A stretch of 64,000 bases of DNA from an uncultured Gammaproteobacteria bacterium (GCA_964450885.1 CAYVFE010000002.1:116494-180493), one strand, 5' to 3'; shown: positions 46,396 to 56,042, counted from the stretch's first letter. Translations and numbers: made by a program. The notes: a model not told the origin generated them from the sequence alone.

Positions 46396-47064
46396 CTACC
46401 ACACACGGTTGAAAAATCGTAGAAGCAAAATAACTAGCAAGTCTATAAAGATAGGGACTCCCAGGTATAACGATCCCATATAGAAAATCTTTGTCATCTC
46501 GATACTTCCCATCCATTCGATAGAAATATCAGGGAGTCTTATTCCAACGACAAAAGACACTATGCCGATGGTGATGATTGCTGCCATAAAAGGAAGCGCC
46601 GCCTGAAAATCTTTTCTGCTTGCGTACATAGTATTTGAGATTACAAAAATCACGTAAAGGCAGATGACAATTTTCAAAATATTGAATCCGGAAAAATCCT
46701 GGAGCATCAGATAGACTATAGAAAGAATAGACAACACGCCCACAAATAGCGGGGCCACTCCGATAAGAAATTCTTTTACCAGATTACTTTTGGCAACACT
46801 TACACTTCCAAGTTTTACATAGTCCCCCTCTCTTTTCGGAAACAGGCTAACTTTTCCGGTCGGGACACCTGCAAATTTGGCCATCAGATAATGAGACAAC
46901 TCATGAACAACCACTCCGGGGAAAAATATGAACGCCAGAAAATTTGTCGCAAGATTTTCTCTTTTTGTGACCTGAAAGATGAATAGATAAATCTCAGAAG
47001 TCAGTTGGCGTGAAAGTAAAAATAGAACCAGGATCAAAATATTGAATAGGGCAAAGTATTCCAT
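46396..47064 (-). CDS. putative integral-membrane zinc metalloprotease (HExxH)
   Basis: 222 aa polytopic. FFPGVVVHELSHYLMAKFAGV contains HExxH in a TM context (M50/M48-like). Confidence 0.5.
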   Translation of the reverse strand: MEYFALFNILILVLFLLSRQLTSEIYLFIFQVTKRENLATNFLAFIFFPGVVVHELSHYLMAKFAGVPTGKVSLFPKREGDYVKLGSVSVAKSNLVKEFLIGVAPLFVGVLSILSIVYLMLQDFSGFNILKIVICLYVIFVISNTMYASRKDFQAALPFMAAIITIGIVSFVVGIRLPDISIEWMGSIEMTKIFYMGSLYLGVPIFIDLLVILLLRFFNRVW

Positions 47065-47555
47065 CAGAATCTAATCAATTCTATCAGATATTGTGGAACT
47101 CTATCCTGCCAATTCTCATCTTCCTTCAATAATTTTCTTATTTTTGTTCCTTCCCATAGCTCCCTATTTGAATAACCTGCTCTCCACACACGATATCTGG
47201 AGTTCTCGAAAATTTCATTTACCCAATCGTTGTCACCTATTACCGTAAAATCTTTTATGCTGATTTTTTTAAGAGCGATTTTCAACCACTCATCATCGCT
47301 GGGTATATCTTCTATGTGCTCGATCTTTATGATCCTATCTTCTATCTTTTCTTTTGCGATAAACTTTTCTATCATCTCGATCCTGGAATTCAAATCCCAG
47401 GGATTATTTATATCATCGATATTTGATGAGCCCACGAGGATAATTATTTTTTCAAACTTTTCCAAAGACTTTTTTATAAGCCATGCATGGCCCAAATGGA
47501 AAGGTTGAAAACGCCCGATAATAACACCAATACCATTCGTTTTGTTTTTCATCAA
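47064..47555 (-). CDS. nadM: nicotinamide-nucleotide adenylyltransferase, archaeal NadM-type cytidylyltransferase fold
   Basis: 163 aa. GVIIGRFQPFHLGHAWLIKKSLEKFEKIIILVGSSN is the (H/T)xGH nucleotidyltransferase motif in the NadM context. Confidence 0.7.
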   Translation of the reverse strand: MMKNKTNGIGVIIGRFQPFHLGHAWLIKKSLEKFEKIIILVGSSNIDDINNPWDLNSRIEMIEKFIAKEKIEDRIIKIEHIEDIPSDDEWLKIALKKISIKDFTVIGDNDWVNEIFENSRYRVWRAGYSNRELWEGTKIRKLLKEDENWQDRVPQYLIELIRF

Positions 47556-47611
47556 ATCACTTTAAAAATTGACAGCGAGCTTATCAATCAGATATTAACT
47601 GCCAAAACTAT

Positions 47612-48319
47612 TTATATTTCTCCTTTCAGATATGCCTTTCTTTTACTATCATCGAATCTTTCGATCGCATATCTTAGCATCGTCCTTGGCATCGTCTTAT
47701 ATCTTGGTTTGAGAAATTCTTCAAGCTCTATACTCGACACCTTTTTTCCGGCTTCCCGCAGCATCCATCCCACGGCTTTCTGGATAAGATCATTCCTGTC
47801 GTTTATAAGAAGGTCCGCAATTTCATAAGTAGTTCTGCTATTTCCATTTATGATAAATTGATAAGTTGCGACTATAGCAATCCTTCTCTCCCAAAGATTT
47901 TTTGATGCAGCAAGTCTTCTGAGAAGTTCTTCTCTTTTGCTACTTATCATGTACTGACCAACTATTTTATATGCAGATGAGTCGACCAGATCCCAGTTAT
48001 TTATGTATTTTGTGCTCTTGAGATAAAAATTAAATATCTCCTCCTGCATCTTTTCATTCCCTTTTTTGAATTTATCCACGAGGATAAAAAGCGAGATCAG
48101 TCTTTCTTCATGGATCGGAGAAGTTATAAGCTTTTCTATATCTGGTAGTTCTAGTGACTTGAATTTCTTCGCAATTTGTCTTTGTGCAGGAACACTGATC
48201 CCTAAAAATTTATCTCCATATGCATACCCCCCCTTACCTGTCTTGAAAAACCTTTGGAGAAAAATTGCCTTTTGTGGATCTCCGGATTGTTTGATTTCTT
48301 CCCTGACCTTATCTATCAT
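47612..48319 (-). CDS. AlkD/AlkC-like HEAT-repeat DNA alkylation repair glycosylase
   Basis: 235 aa all-helical. N-terminus (DPQKAIFLQRFFKTGKGGYAYGDKFLGISVPAQRQIAKKF) and NNWDLVDSSA, VGWMLRE regions match the DNA_alkylation family. Confidence 0.65.
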   Translation of the reverse strand: MIDKVREEIKQSGDPQKAIFLQRFFKTGKGGYAYGDKFLGISVPAQRQIAKKFKSLELPDIEKLITSPIHEERLISLFILVDKFKKGNEKMQEEIFNFYLKSTKYINNWDLVDSSAYKIVGQYMISSKREELLRRLAASKNLWERRIAIVATYQFIINGNSRTTYEIADLLINDRNDLIQKAVGWMLREAGKKVSSIELEEFLKPRYKTMPRTMLRYAIERFDDSKRKAYLKGEI

Positions 48320-49220
48320 AGGAGTTTACGGAATTTTCTCTTTGTCTTTTTCGTCTATAGTCACATCCATTTGGACATACTCCCTTTCCGTCCGGATCCA
48401 AACATGACTCACACATTATAAAGTGTCTGTGACATCCTACTGTGGAGCAATTTATATAGCGCTCTGATTTGGCAAAACACTTCTCACATGTGCCTACTAT
48501 CTCGCGCTCCGGATCATCCATATTAAATCCCATTGTAACTCTTCCATCGAAGACATAAAGAGAACCCTTGAAATTCTCATTTGGATATTTTTCCATGTAG
48601 CTTACTATTCCACCTTTTAATTGATAGACATCAGAGAACCCACTGAGCAGCAAAAATCCCGATGCTTTCTCGCATCTAACGCCGCCCGTGCATACCGTAA
48701 GAACGGTCTTATTTTTTAGATGTTCTAAGCGGGGTAATTCTTTTTTCAAATCGCGGAAATTCTCAAGTCCCGGAAGGACAGAATTCTCAAATCGTCCGGA
48801 AAGATACTCATAATCATTTCGCATATCCACTATATAAAACTCCTTATTGCTCTCAAACCACGCGTGCAGCTCGTCGGGTTCCAGATACCTTCCTGTTGTT
48901 GTATTTGGATCAATATCTTTTTCACCGAGGTGCAGACTCACGATTTCGTCACGGACTTTTACGGAAAGCTTTGGAAAAGCACTTCCAGTCCCAACTGACT
49001 TTTTCCAATGAATGTCTTTGAATCTTTTGTCTTTTGACATGAACTCCATGTACTTTTGCGTGTTTTCGGTCAACCCCTCCACGGTTCCATTTATACCCTC
49101 TTTTGCGACTATGATTCTTCCCTTAAGCCCTAGCTCTTCGCAGATCTTGCGCTGCGCTTTCATCTCCCTTTTCGGGTAGGTGATTTTTACATATTTGTAG
49201 TACAAAAGTATCGTATACAT
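48309..49220 (-). CDS. trhO: rhodanese-domain tRNA U34 hydroxylase TrhO (YceA/UPF0176)
   Basis: 303 aa. MYTILLYYKYVKI...GRIIVAKEGINGTVEG N-terminal motif, rhodanese active-site CTGGVRCEKA, C-terminal Cys-rich tail. Confidence 0.8.
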   Translation of the reverse strand: MYTILLYYKYVKITYPKREMKAQRKICEELGLKGRIIVAKEGINGTVEGLTENTQKYMEFMSKDKRFKDIHWKKSVGTGSAFPKLSVKVRDEIVSLHLGEKDIDPNTTTGRYLEPDELHAWFESNKEFYIVDMRNDYEYLSGRFENSVLPGLENFRDLKKELPRLEHLKNKTVLTVCTGGVRCEKASGFLLLSGFSDVYQLKGGIVSYMEKYPNENFKGSLYVFDGRVTMGFNMDDPEREIVGTCEKCFAKSERYINCSTVGCHRHFIMCESCLDPDGKGVCPNGCDYRRKRQRENSVNSYDR

Positions 49221-49255
49221 GAGATGTATTGTAACAAAAAATGAAAATGAAAAAA

Positions 49256-49714
49256 CTATTTGAGGATTTCGACAAGCTCTACTTCGAAAATTAGAGTCGA
49301 ATTTGGAGGAATACTGCCAATACCCTGCTCCCCATATCCCATCGCAGGCGGAATTATAAGTTTTCTTTTCTCGCCAGGTTTCATACCTATGACACCTTCA
49401 TCCCAACCTCTGATAACTTCCCCTACCCCAATCTGAGTCTGAAAAGGTTCACCTCTATCATATGAACTATCAAATACGGTTCCATCCTCAAGTGTTCCCC
49501 GATAGTGAATGACTATATCATCACCTGATTCTACGACCTGATCCCCTGTTCCTTCTTGTATGGTTTCGACAACTAATTCTCCTGTCTTTGACATAATATT
49601 TTCTGAGATGTCTATTGTATCATCTGATGTCACGCTTTGGGAAGTCAGAAGACCTGCCAAAATAAAACCAAAAATAACGACTGACAGGATAGACAATAAA
49701 ACATACTTATTCAC
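49256..49714 (-). CDS. FKBP-type peptidyl-prolyl cis-trans isomerase, signal-anchored
   Basis: 152 aa. FDSSYDRGEPFQTQIGVGEVIRGWDEGVIGMKPGEKRKLIIPPAMGYG...STLIFEVELVEI is canonical FKBP. Confidence 0.85.
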   Translation of the reverse strand: MNKYVLLSILSVVIFGFILAGLLTSQSVTSDDTIDISENIMSKTGELVVETIQEGTGDQVVESGDDIVIHYRGTLEDGTVFDSSYDRGEPFQTQIGVGEVIRGWDEGVIGMKPGEKRKLIIPPAMGYGEQGIGSIPPNSTLIFEVELVEILK

Positions 49715-49813
49715 AATTTATTTATTTAACAAATAAAATAATATCAAGTCAAGTAGCGTTTATGGCTACCAAAAAGCCGTAGAGAATCTACGGCTTTTTT
49801 AAGATCTTAGATC

Positions 49814-50194
49814 TTATCCTTGTGAAGGATTGCCCCCTGGCATTCCTCCGCCTGTTTGGTCATCTGTTGATGGTGTTCCCGGCATAGGTGCGTCTCCTGC
49901 TCCTGGAGTTGGCATACTAGGCTCTGGTGTCTCAGTTACTGGAGGTGTTGGCATACCGCCTGGCACAGGTGCGTCTCCTGCTCCTGGAGCTGGTGGTACT
50001 CCTGTTCCTGGTTGTGGCACATCTCCGCTTCCTGGAGTTGGCATACTAGGCTCTGGTGTCTCAGTTACTGGAGGTGTTGGCATACCGCCTGGCATAGGTG
50101 CGTCTCCTGCTCCTGGAGCTGGTGGAGTATTGCTTCCTGGCATTCCTGCTCCTGGCATAGCTGGTTGTCCTCCTTGATTTTGATTATCGTCCAT
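49814..50194 (-). CDS. hypothetical Pro/Gly-rich tandem-repeat protein
   Basis: 126 aa, no hydrophobic segment. Built of ~43-aa repeats PAPGAGDAP(M/V)PGGMPTPPVTETPEPSMPTPG. An antisense ORF of similar length exists, so strand assignment is tentative. Confidence 0.45.
   Translation of the reverse strand: MDDNQNQGGQPAMPGAGMPGSNTPPAPGAGDAPMPGGMPTPPVTETPEPSMPTPGSGDVPQPGTGVPPAPGAGDAPVPGGMPTPPVTETPEPSMPTPGAGDAPMPGTPSTDDQTGGGMPGGNPSQG
49880..50130. repeat. near-identical ~129-bp direct tandem repeat (about 2 copies) inside the PG-rich ORF
   Basis: cctggagttggcatactaggctctggtgtctcagttactggaggtgttggcataccgcctggca occurs at ~49902 and ~50031. ggca(t/c)aggtgcgtctcctgctcctggag occurs at ~49881, ~49963 and ~50091. 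Confidence 0.7.
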
Positions 50195-50277
50195 AGTGAT
50201 TCACCCCCTTTTTCAAAAGTTATAAAATCATATTAACATGAAAGATGAAATCATTACAAGCCAAATAGAATCCACTA

Positions 50278-51135
50278 CTATTCTTTTGCGCATGTATTGA
50301 AGTTCTGCACCTGGGAGTTATATGCGCCGACCAGCTCTTTCGTTGTCTCAAGTAACGCATTGTATTCGCTAACCAGATTGTTATACTCATCTACCCTCTT
50401 ATTGTATTGTTCGCTTTCATCTCTTGTTGTAGGTTTGTTCTCAAGCTCCTTTTTCCTGTTCTCCAGATCGACCTTCATATTGTCCAGTTTTACATTATTA
50501 CTATCTATCTGTGATTTAGTAGCATCATTTATCGCAGGGCACGCAGAAAGAGGCTTTGCGAAATGCTGGACAGCAAGCCATGTCTCACGACCCTCGAACA
50601 TCCCCCTGCCAACTGCTATTCCTATCTGAGTATACGCACCCTTCAAGATGTTTTCCCTATGTCCGGGACTATCCATCCACGCCTGCAACAAAACAGTGTC
50701 ATCTTTATAATTTCCCAATGCTAAATTTTCCCCTACCACTATAAATTCATATCCTACATCACTTACAAGATCCCCTGCACCCTCACCCGTAGGCGCATCG
50801 TGCTCGAAATATTGACGGGAGAACATATCATCAACTTTTTTCTGTGCAGAAATATTCAAGAGCGTATTTTCCTCAAGCTCGGGAAGTCCTGCTTCGCGTC
50901 TATGGCGGTTTGTTTCTGCTATCGCACCCTCTACCGTAAGTTTAGATCCCTCATCATCTGTTTCCTTCCGGAGTGGTTCACCACCAGTATTGACTCTTCG
51001 GGCTATGTTTTTCTCAACAAATTCAAACGACTTTTCCGAAAAACTTTTTACTATATCGTCGTTAATCAGCAGATAAGTTCCCAGACTTACAAATGCTATA
51101 AGAAAAATCAGGATACCTATGAGTTTTTTGTTCAT
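50278..51135 (-). CDS. CAP/SCP/PR-1 superfamily secreted protein (YkwD-like) with C-terminal coiled-coil
   Basis: 285 aa. Signal anchor, ETNRHRREAGLPELEEN, QYFEHD, GENLALGNY, WMDSPGHRENIL are CAP-domain motifs. C-terminal ~90 aa heptad-rich. Confidence 0.7.
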   Translation of the reverse strand: MNKKLIGILIFLIAFVSLGTYLLINDDIVKSFSEKSFEFVEKNIARRVNTGGEPLRKETDDEGSKLTVEGAIAETNRHRREAGLPELEENTLLNISAQKKVDDMFSRQYFEHDAPTGEGAGDLVSDVGYEFIVVGENLALGNYKDDTVLLQAWMDSPGHRENILKGAYTQIGIAVGRGMFEGRETWLAVQHFAKPLSACPAINDATKSQIDSNNVKLDNMKVDLENRKKELENKPTTRDESEQYNKRVDEYNNLVSEYNALLETTKELVGAYNSQVQNFNTCAKE

Positions 51136-51205
51136 ACTTAACTATATTATACATGCATTTATCAGTATTTTAATTTAACTTATATCTGCTAGAATGGTAT
51201 GAATA

Positions 51206-52315
51206 ATGCCACGAAAAATTTCCACAAGCAGCAAGAATGAACTGTTCAGAATTGCCCTGAGAACCACCAACATAAGACATTCTCTGGTACTGGATTCGAC
51301 AGCCCTTACTCCTGTAAATCTGCTGGAGGAAAAAGAAAGATTTTCCAAAAGTACAACATATAATCCTATTTTCGAATATGCTCCACCACCACCGGATAGA
51401 TTTGATATCGAAATTGATGAACTCGAACAAAGAGTCGAGAAAATTGAGCTCCCCTATGATCTCCTGTATCATCTGATCGAATATCTTAACCATCTACGTT
51501 TTCTGTACCATGCCCGTCGCTCGATCGGAAGACCAACATTTCCTGTATACGCAAGGCTCGCATTCAACTGGGCCATCTCCGATCCTGACAAACTTATTGC
51601 GTCGCTACCAAAATTCAAATTTGAAAATGAGGACAAAGGGCCCCTGGTTCCGGCGCCTGAGATTGCACAACAACTAGGTGTCATCTTCAAAAACCGGTAT
51701 GAGATCGAAGACTTCCCTGTAGAGGTAAATTATTTCTCTACCAACATGATATTCGTCGACTATAGTGTCATAAAAATCGGGAAAGACATAAAACGCTATC
51801 AGAACAATATAAATAGGCTGATCGTACACGAGATAGAAAGCCACGCCCTACAGAATCTCAATATCCGCAAATCCCAAAATCATCTAAGACTCATGTCCAA
51901 ACTTTCCGACTCCTATTTATACTCAGAAGGCCTCGGGGTATACAACGAAGTCAAAACCAACACGATGACCAAAAAAGCTTTTGAAAACTACTATTATAGA
52001 CTCAAGGCCGTAAAGAACTCACATCTGGGGTTCCGGGAAATTTATAATAATCTGATAAAAGACGGTCTTTCCCAAAAACACGCATTCAACATTTCGTTCA
52101 GGGTAAAACGTGGAATGTTGGATACCTCCAGATCAGGTTGTCACCCTAAAGACGCAGCATATCTTTTAGGATACAAAGCTGTACTGAAATTTCTCGAAGA
52201 TAATCCGGAAGAAATAATGTATTATGCTAAAAATCCCCATCTGACAAAGCTACTTATGAAGTATAATCTACTAGGCGAAAAAGATTTGATGTTGCCAATT
52301 TTTTACGGTCAGTAA
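51206..52315 (+). CDS. DUF1704-like putative metallopeptidase (HExxxH; QEGLA-like motif)
   Basis: 369 aa. VHEIESHALQN (HExxxH) followed ~25 aa later by SEGLGVY resembling the QEGLA motif of DUF1704 proteins. Assignment is from memory of the family and is uncertain. Confidence 0.4.
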   Translation: MPRKISTSSKNELFRIALRTTNIRHSLVLDSTALTPVNLLEEKERFSKSTTYNPIFEYAPPPPDRFDIEIDELEQRVEKIELPYDLLYHLIEYLNHLRFLYHARRSIGRPTFPVYARLAFNWAISDPDKLIASLPKFKFENEDKGPLVPAPEIAQQLGVIFKNRYEIEDFPVEVNYFSTNMIFVDYSVIKIGKDIKRYQNNINRLIVHEIESHALQNLNIRKSQNHLRLMSKLSDSYLYSEGLGVYNEVKTNTMTKKAFENYYYRLKAVKNSHLGFREIYNNLIKDGLSQKHAFNISFRVKRGMLDTSRSGCHPKDAAYLLGYKAVLKFLEDNPEEIMYYAKNPHLTKLLMKYNLLGEKDLMLPIFYGQ

Positions 52316-52316
52316 T

Positions 52317-53093
52317 ATGACATACTCTGTTCATACCAAAGTTACATGGGAACAAAAGGTGTCAACCAGTTGGGAAGATATATTTTATCCATCACTATCC
52401 AAAAAAATCAGGAAAAGTGATAGTTATTTTGACCAATTATTCGAACTGCAAATCTCTCCTATCACCGATATCCATGAGGCAAATGATTTTTTTAATCTTT
52501 ATGACAAAGAGATAGCATCACGAGGCAACTACCTTTTTAAGCAAAACGAGAAGAAAGAACTTATCAACACTAAAATAAAAAGCGGCAAAAATTATTTTCA
52601 GGCAATTTTACGCAAAAAAGATACTAATGAATATGCGGGAGGAATTATTTTTACAACGATAGAAGAAAGACTTTCCTTTTCTTTTAGGGTTTTTGACAAG
52701 CAGATAAGATCAACTTACCGCGCGCAAACCTCTGTGGATTTTTGGGTAGAGAAAAAGATGTATGAATACTCTATCTCTAAAAAATTCCAGACAATTACAC
52801 ATGGGAACGACAGCTACCCAAATAAGGGAAGGATCGGGCTCGTCCTTTTTAAGTTAAAAGTAGGAGGCAAACCAAAAATATCCAAAATGCCTCACGATAT
52901 ACTGGAAGTTACCGATACGGACATCAACGAATTTAATGCGCCGACTCTATTTTGGGACGATCCTGATGAGAATAATTATTTCCAGAAAGCACACCTTTTT
53001 TATAATGAAGACGCGATAGACGGAAATGTCTTGCAGGAACTTATCAAAGTGATGTCGTGGACGGAAATAGAACTAGAGCTTCACAAAATCTAA
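52317..53093 (+). CDS. hypothetical protein
   Basis: 258 aa, starts 2 nt after the DUF1704-like stop (translationally coupled). No recognisable motif. Confidence 0.4.
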   Translation: MTYSVHTKVTWEQKVSTSWEDIFYPSLSKKIRKSDSYFDQLFELQISPITDIHEANDFFNLYDKEIASRGNYLFKQNEKKELINTKIKSGKNYFQAILRKKDTNEYAGGIIFTTIEERLSFSFRVFDKQIRSTYRAQTSVDFWVEKKMYEYSISKKFQTITHGNDSYPNKGRIGLVLFKLKVGGKPKISKMPHDILEVTDTDINEFNAPTLFWDDPDENNYFQKAHLFYNEDAIDGNVLQELIKVMSWTEIELELHKI

Positions 53094-53110
53094 CAACGAA
53101 GTTATTTTGC

Positions 53111-53713
53111 CTACCGACTTGGGTCTACCATCTCTACATTGTCCAGTAATTCACTATATGCGGTTATATCATCCATCGTGGCTTCTCTGCTCCATACTGG
53201 ACCTAAATCGCTACTTGAACCCATAGGGGTGTGCATATCAAATGGCCTGCGTCTATGCTCTTTAGACTCTACATGTGCAATTCCCGAAGCGGGGTTAATC
53301 ACAAAAAGGCTATCAAGATCATGCAGATTTATAGTCGCAGAGTGCTTCGCTCTCGATAAAGTAACATCTACAGAAGACTCCTCATCAATGGGCACTGAAA
53401 ATGTTTTCCTGATGCTTGCGCCTTCGCTCCACGCCCGGGATTTATTCACATCTTCAGCTAGCCTTCTCCTTCCCTCCTCAGTTATAGTCATACGGTTTCC
53501 GTTTTTAATGAACGACGGATGCTCTGGGTCTTCTGGGGATCTTTTCGCACTTTCTTCAAAATCTACCAATTTTTCTATCCTAGCAAGTAATTCCGGAGAA
53601 TGCTTTTTTGCTTCATCTGCGCTTTTTTTTCTTGCTTCCTCCGCTCGCTTCCGCTCCATCGCCTCATTAAGAAGGCCTGCTTGTGCTGATTCTGGAACAA
53701 ATCTTTCTGTCAT
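53111..53713 (-). CDS. hypothetical charged protein
   Basis: 200 aa. Lys/Glu/Arg-rich helical N-terminus and protein-like composition. The overlapping plus-strand ORF (53139..53771) is Ser/Leu-rich low complexity, so the minus strand is preferred. Confidence 0.4.
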   Translation of the reverse strand: MTERFVPESAQAGLLNEAMERKRAEEARKKSADEAKKHSPELLARIEKLVDFEESAKRSPEDPEHPSFIKNGNRMTITEEGRRRLAEDVNKSRAWSEGASIRKTFSVPIDEESSVDVTLSRAKHSATINLHDLDSLFVINPASGIAHVESKEHRRRPFDMHTPMGSSSDLGPVWSREATMDDITAYSELLDNVEMVDPSR

Positions 53714-53772
53714 TGTCTCCTCAATATTACAACTTTTTACTATTATGTCAAGATATTTGTTAAAATACTGAT

Positions 53773-54516
53773 ATGCAAATAGATGCCATCAAGACTCATA
53801 AGATAACTAGCTCAGACCAAAGTGTTTTTAAGATTCTGGATAAATACCTCACAGAGTTTGAGGAGAGAAATATTCTCTGTATTACCTCGAAAATCGTCTC
53901 TATTTGTGAAGGGCGTATAACTCCTGTAGATGGCAGCAATAAAGACGAACTTGTAAAGGAAGAATCTGAGTATTTTTTACCTAAAGAAGAAAACAAATAC
54001 GGGTTTCATTTAACTATCACACAAAACCTTTTGATTCCTGCAGCGGGAATAGATGAATCAAATGGTAACGGATACTATATCCTATGGCCCGAAAATCCTC
54101 AAGATAGTGCTAACAAAATCCGTGAATATCTCGTAAAAAGATTTGACATCAGATATGCAGGAGCCATAATTACCGATAGCAAAACCACACCTCTGCGCTG
54201 GGGAACTACGGGAGTTGCTATCGCATACTCAGGGTTCTCGCCGCTAAATGACTACATAGGAAAACCCGATCTATTCGACAGAGAAATGCGTGTTACTCAG
54301 TCGAACATAATGGACGGTCTGGCAGCTGGAGCAGTTGCCATCATGGGAGAAGGTCAGGAACAGACCCCACTTGCAGTCATAAAAGATATCCCAAACGTAA
54401 ACTTTAGAGATACTAACCCAGCAGATGAGGAGGTATCAAGTCTCAAGATAGATCTGGATACTGACGTCTACTCGTCTATCCTCAAGCGCGCGCCCTGGAA
54501 AAAAGGGAAAAAATAA
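53773..54516 (+). CDS. CofE-like F420-0:gamma-glutamyl ligase family protein
   Basis: 247 aa. ITSKIVSICEGR...PAAGIDESNGNGYYILWPENP...AGAIITDSKTTPLRWGTTGVAIAYSGF...GEGQEQTPLAVI follows the CofE/F420 ligase domain pattern. Confidence 0.6.
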   Translation: MQIDAIKTHKITSSDQSVFKILDKYLTEFEERNILCITSKIVSICEGRITPVDGSNKDELVKEESEYFLPKEENKYGFHLTITQNLLIPAAGIDESNGNGYYILWPENPQDSANKIREYLVKRFDIRYAGAIITDSKTTPLRWGTTGVAIAYSGFSPLNDYIGKPDLFDREMRVTQSNIMDGLAAGAVAIMGEGQEQTPLAVIKDIPNVNFRDTNPADEEVSSLKIDLDTDVYSSILKRAPWKKGKK

Positions 54517-54555
54517 GTTGACACTACTCCATTTTTTCATGTAAATTATATACTC

Positions 54556-54837
54556 ATGGAAGCATCAGAAGCACAAGGTATAGTTGAAAAAAGGGAGCTG
54601 GAAAAACAGGCAAAAAATGGCAGTGCTCCACAGGTATCACCTATCACTACCTCCTCACCTGAAACACCTACGCCAGCTGTAACACCAGAACCTATTGCTC
54701 AACAGGTCCCGGAAACAGAAAATCCACCAATGGGGCCTACAAATCCAGAACCTATCGGAACTCCAAATGAATCAAATATCAGTCAATTTTCCCAACCAAA
54801 CATCTCTACACCCACAGAGGAAAATCCAGCAGCTTAA
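54556..54837 (+). CDS. hypothetical small Pro/Thr-rich protein
   Basis: 93-aa ORF of low complexity, no TM. Ends 3 nt inside recR on the opposite strand. Weak. Confidence 0.3.
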   Translation: MEASEAQGIVEKRELEKQAKNGSAPQVSPITTSSPETPTPAVTPEPIAQQVPETENPPMGPTNPEPIGTPNESNISQFSQPNISTPTEENPAA

Positions 54838-55439
54838 TACTCTCTTCTTCCCTCCAGTGCCCTGGAAAGAGTTGTTTCATCAGCGTATTCTATATCTGCA
54901 CCGATCGGCAGTCCGCGGCCGATTCTCGTAACCTTCATGTCTGGATTTTTTTCTTTGAGCCTTTTATAGATATACATAGCTGTCGCCTCGCCCTCCATCG
55001 TAGGATTTGTCGCGATCAAAATCTCATTTATCTCCGGACTCTTTTCTACACGCGAAATAAGCTGAGGGATATATATATCATCAGGACCAATCGAATTTAG
55101 CGGATCCACGACACCGTGCAGGACATGATAAAGACCAGCAAACTTCCTACTCCTTTCAAGCGCTACCACATCTAAAGGGTCCTCAACGACACAAATAAAT
55201 GTCTTGTCTCTTTTCTCGTCGCTACAGACTTCGCAAAGCTGTGTGCTACCTATATTAAAGCAACTCTCACAGACCTGTGTCTCTTTTTTGAGATTTGAAA
55301 GTGCCTGCGCGAATTCGTCCAGATTTTCCTGTGGCACATGCAGGAGATAAAATCCTAATCTTTGCGCCGACTTAGGACCTATACCAGGAAGTCTTTCAAA
55401 ACCCTCAATTACCCGCTCTACTGCTTTTGGGATCTTCAT
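54834..55439 (-). CDS. recR: recombination protein RecR
   Basis: 201 aa. HhH LPGIGPKSAQRL, C4 zinc finger CESCFNIGSTQLCEVC, Toprim domain. Confidence 0.9.
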   Translation of the reverse strand: MKIPKAVERVIEGFERLPGIGPKSAQRLGFYLLHVPQENLDEFAQALSNLKKETQVCESCFNIGSTQLCEVCSDEKRDKTFICVVEDPLDVVALERSRKFAGLYHVLHGVVDPLNSIGPDDIYIPQLISRVEKSPEINEILIATNPTMEGEATAMYIYKRLKEKNPDMKVTRIGRGLPIGADIEYADETTLSRALEGRREY

Positions 55440-55478
55440 AAAAATACTAAATAAAAACTGCTCTCATTAACTAAGAAT

Positions 55479-56039
55479 CTAAACCGTCATCAACTCTTTC
55501 TCTTTTTGCTCGCGGAGGGAATCGATATTTTTGATATAGTCGTCGGTAAGAGATTGCACCTCTTTCTCGTTTCTTTCAATGTCGTCTTCCGAAGTATGCC
55601 CCTGATCTTCCATTTTTTTGATTTCGCGCATAGAATCCTGTCTGACCTGACGTATCATGACTTTTCCATTTTCGCATTTTTGATTTATCATCTTTACCAT
55701 TTCTGCGCGTCTTTCCTCAGTAAGAGGAGGTATGGAAAGACGTATAAATTCCCCGGATACAGATGGATTTATCCCAAGGCCTGAATCATTTATTCCCTTT
55801 TCGATATCCCCTATGACAGAGAGATCAAATGGGGTTATAACTACTGTCTTTGGATCCGGGACTGAGATCGTCGCAAGCTCCATGATCTTTAGCCTCGCAG
55901 AGCCTCCATATGCAACGACTTCAATGTTTTCTACCATCTGACTGCTCGCTTTCCCACTTCTAACCGTCGCAAGATCTACCCTCAAGACCTCAAAGGCTTT
56001 CTCCATTTTTTGTTTTGCTTGTTTTACTATATCTTCCAT
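55479..56039 (-). CDS. frr: ribosome recycling factor
   Basis: 186 aa. VDLATVRSGKASSQMVENIEV...ITPFD...IPPLTEERR is canonical RRF. Confidence 0.9.
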   Translation of the reverse strand: MEDIVKQAKQKMEKAFEVLRVDLATVRSGKASSQMVENIEVVAYGGSARLKIMELATISVPDPKTVVITPFDLSVIGDIEKGINDSGLGINPSVSGEFIRLSIPPLTEERRAEMVKMINQKCENGKVMIRQVRQDSMREIKKMEDQGHTSEDDIERNEKEVQSLTDDYIKNIDSLREQKEKELMTV

Positions 56040-56042
56040 ATC

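Noticed and set aside
49880-50130. CRISPR array candidate (direct repeats)
   Set aside because: Repeats are ~129 bp, contiguous without unique spacers and in-frame coding for a Pro/Gly repeat protein. Not CRISPR. No short 24-48 bp repeat-spacer arrays were noticed anywhere in the window.
53139-53771. 210-aa plus-strand ORF overlapping 53111..53713 on the minus strand
   Set aside because: Ser/Leu-rich low-complexity translation typical of an antisense artefact. The minus-strand product has balanced, charged composition.
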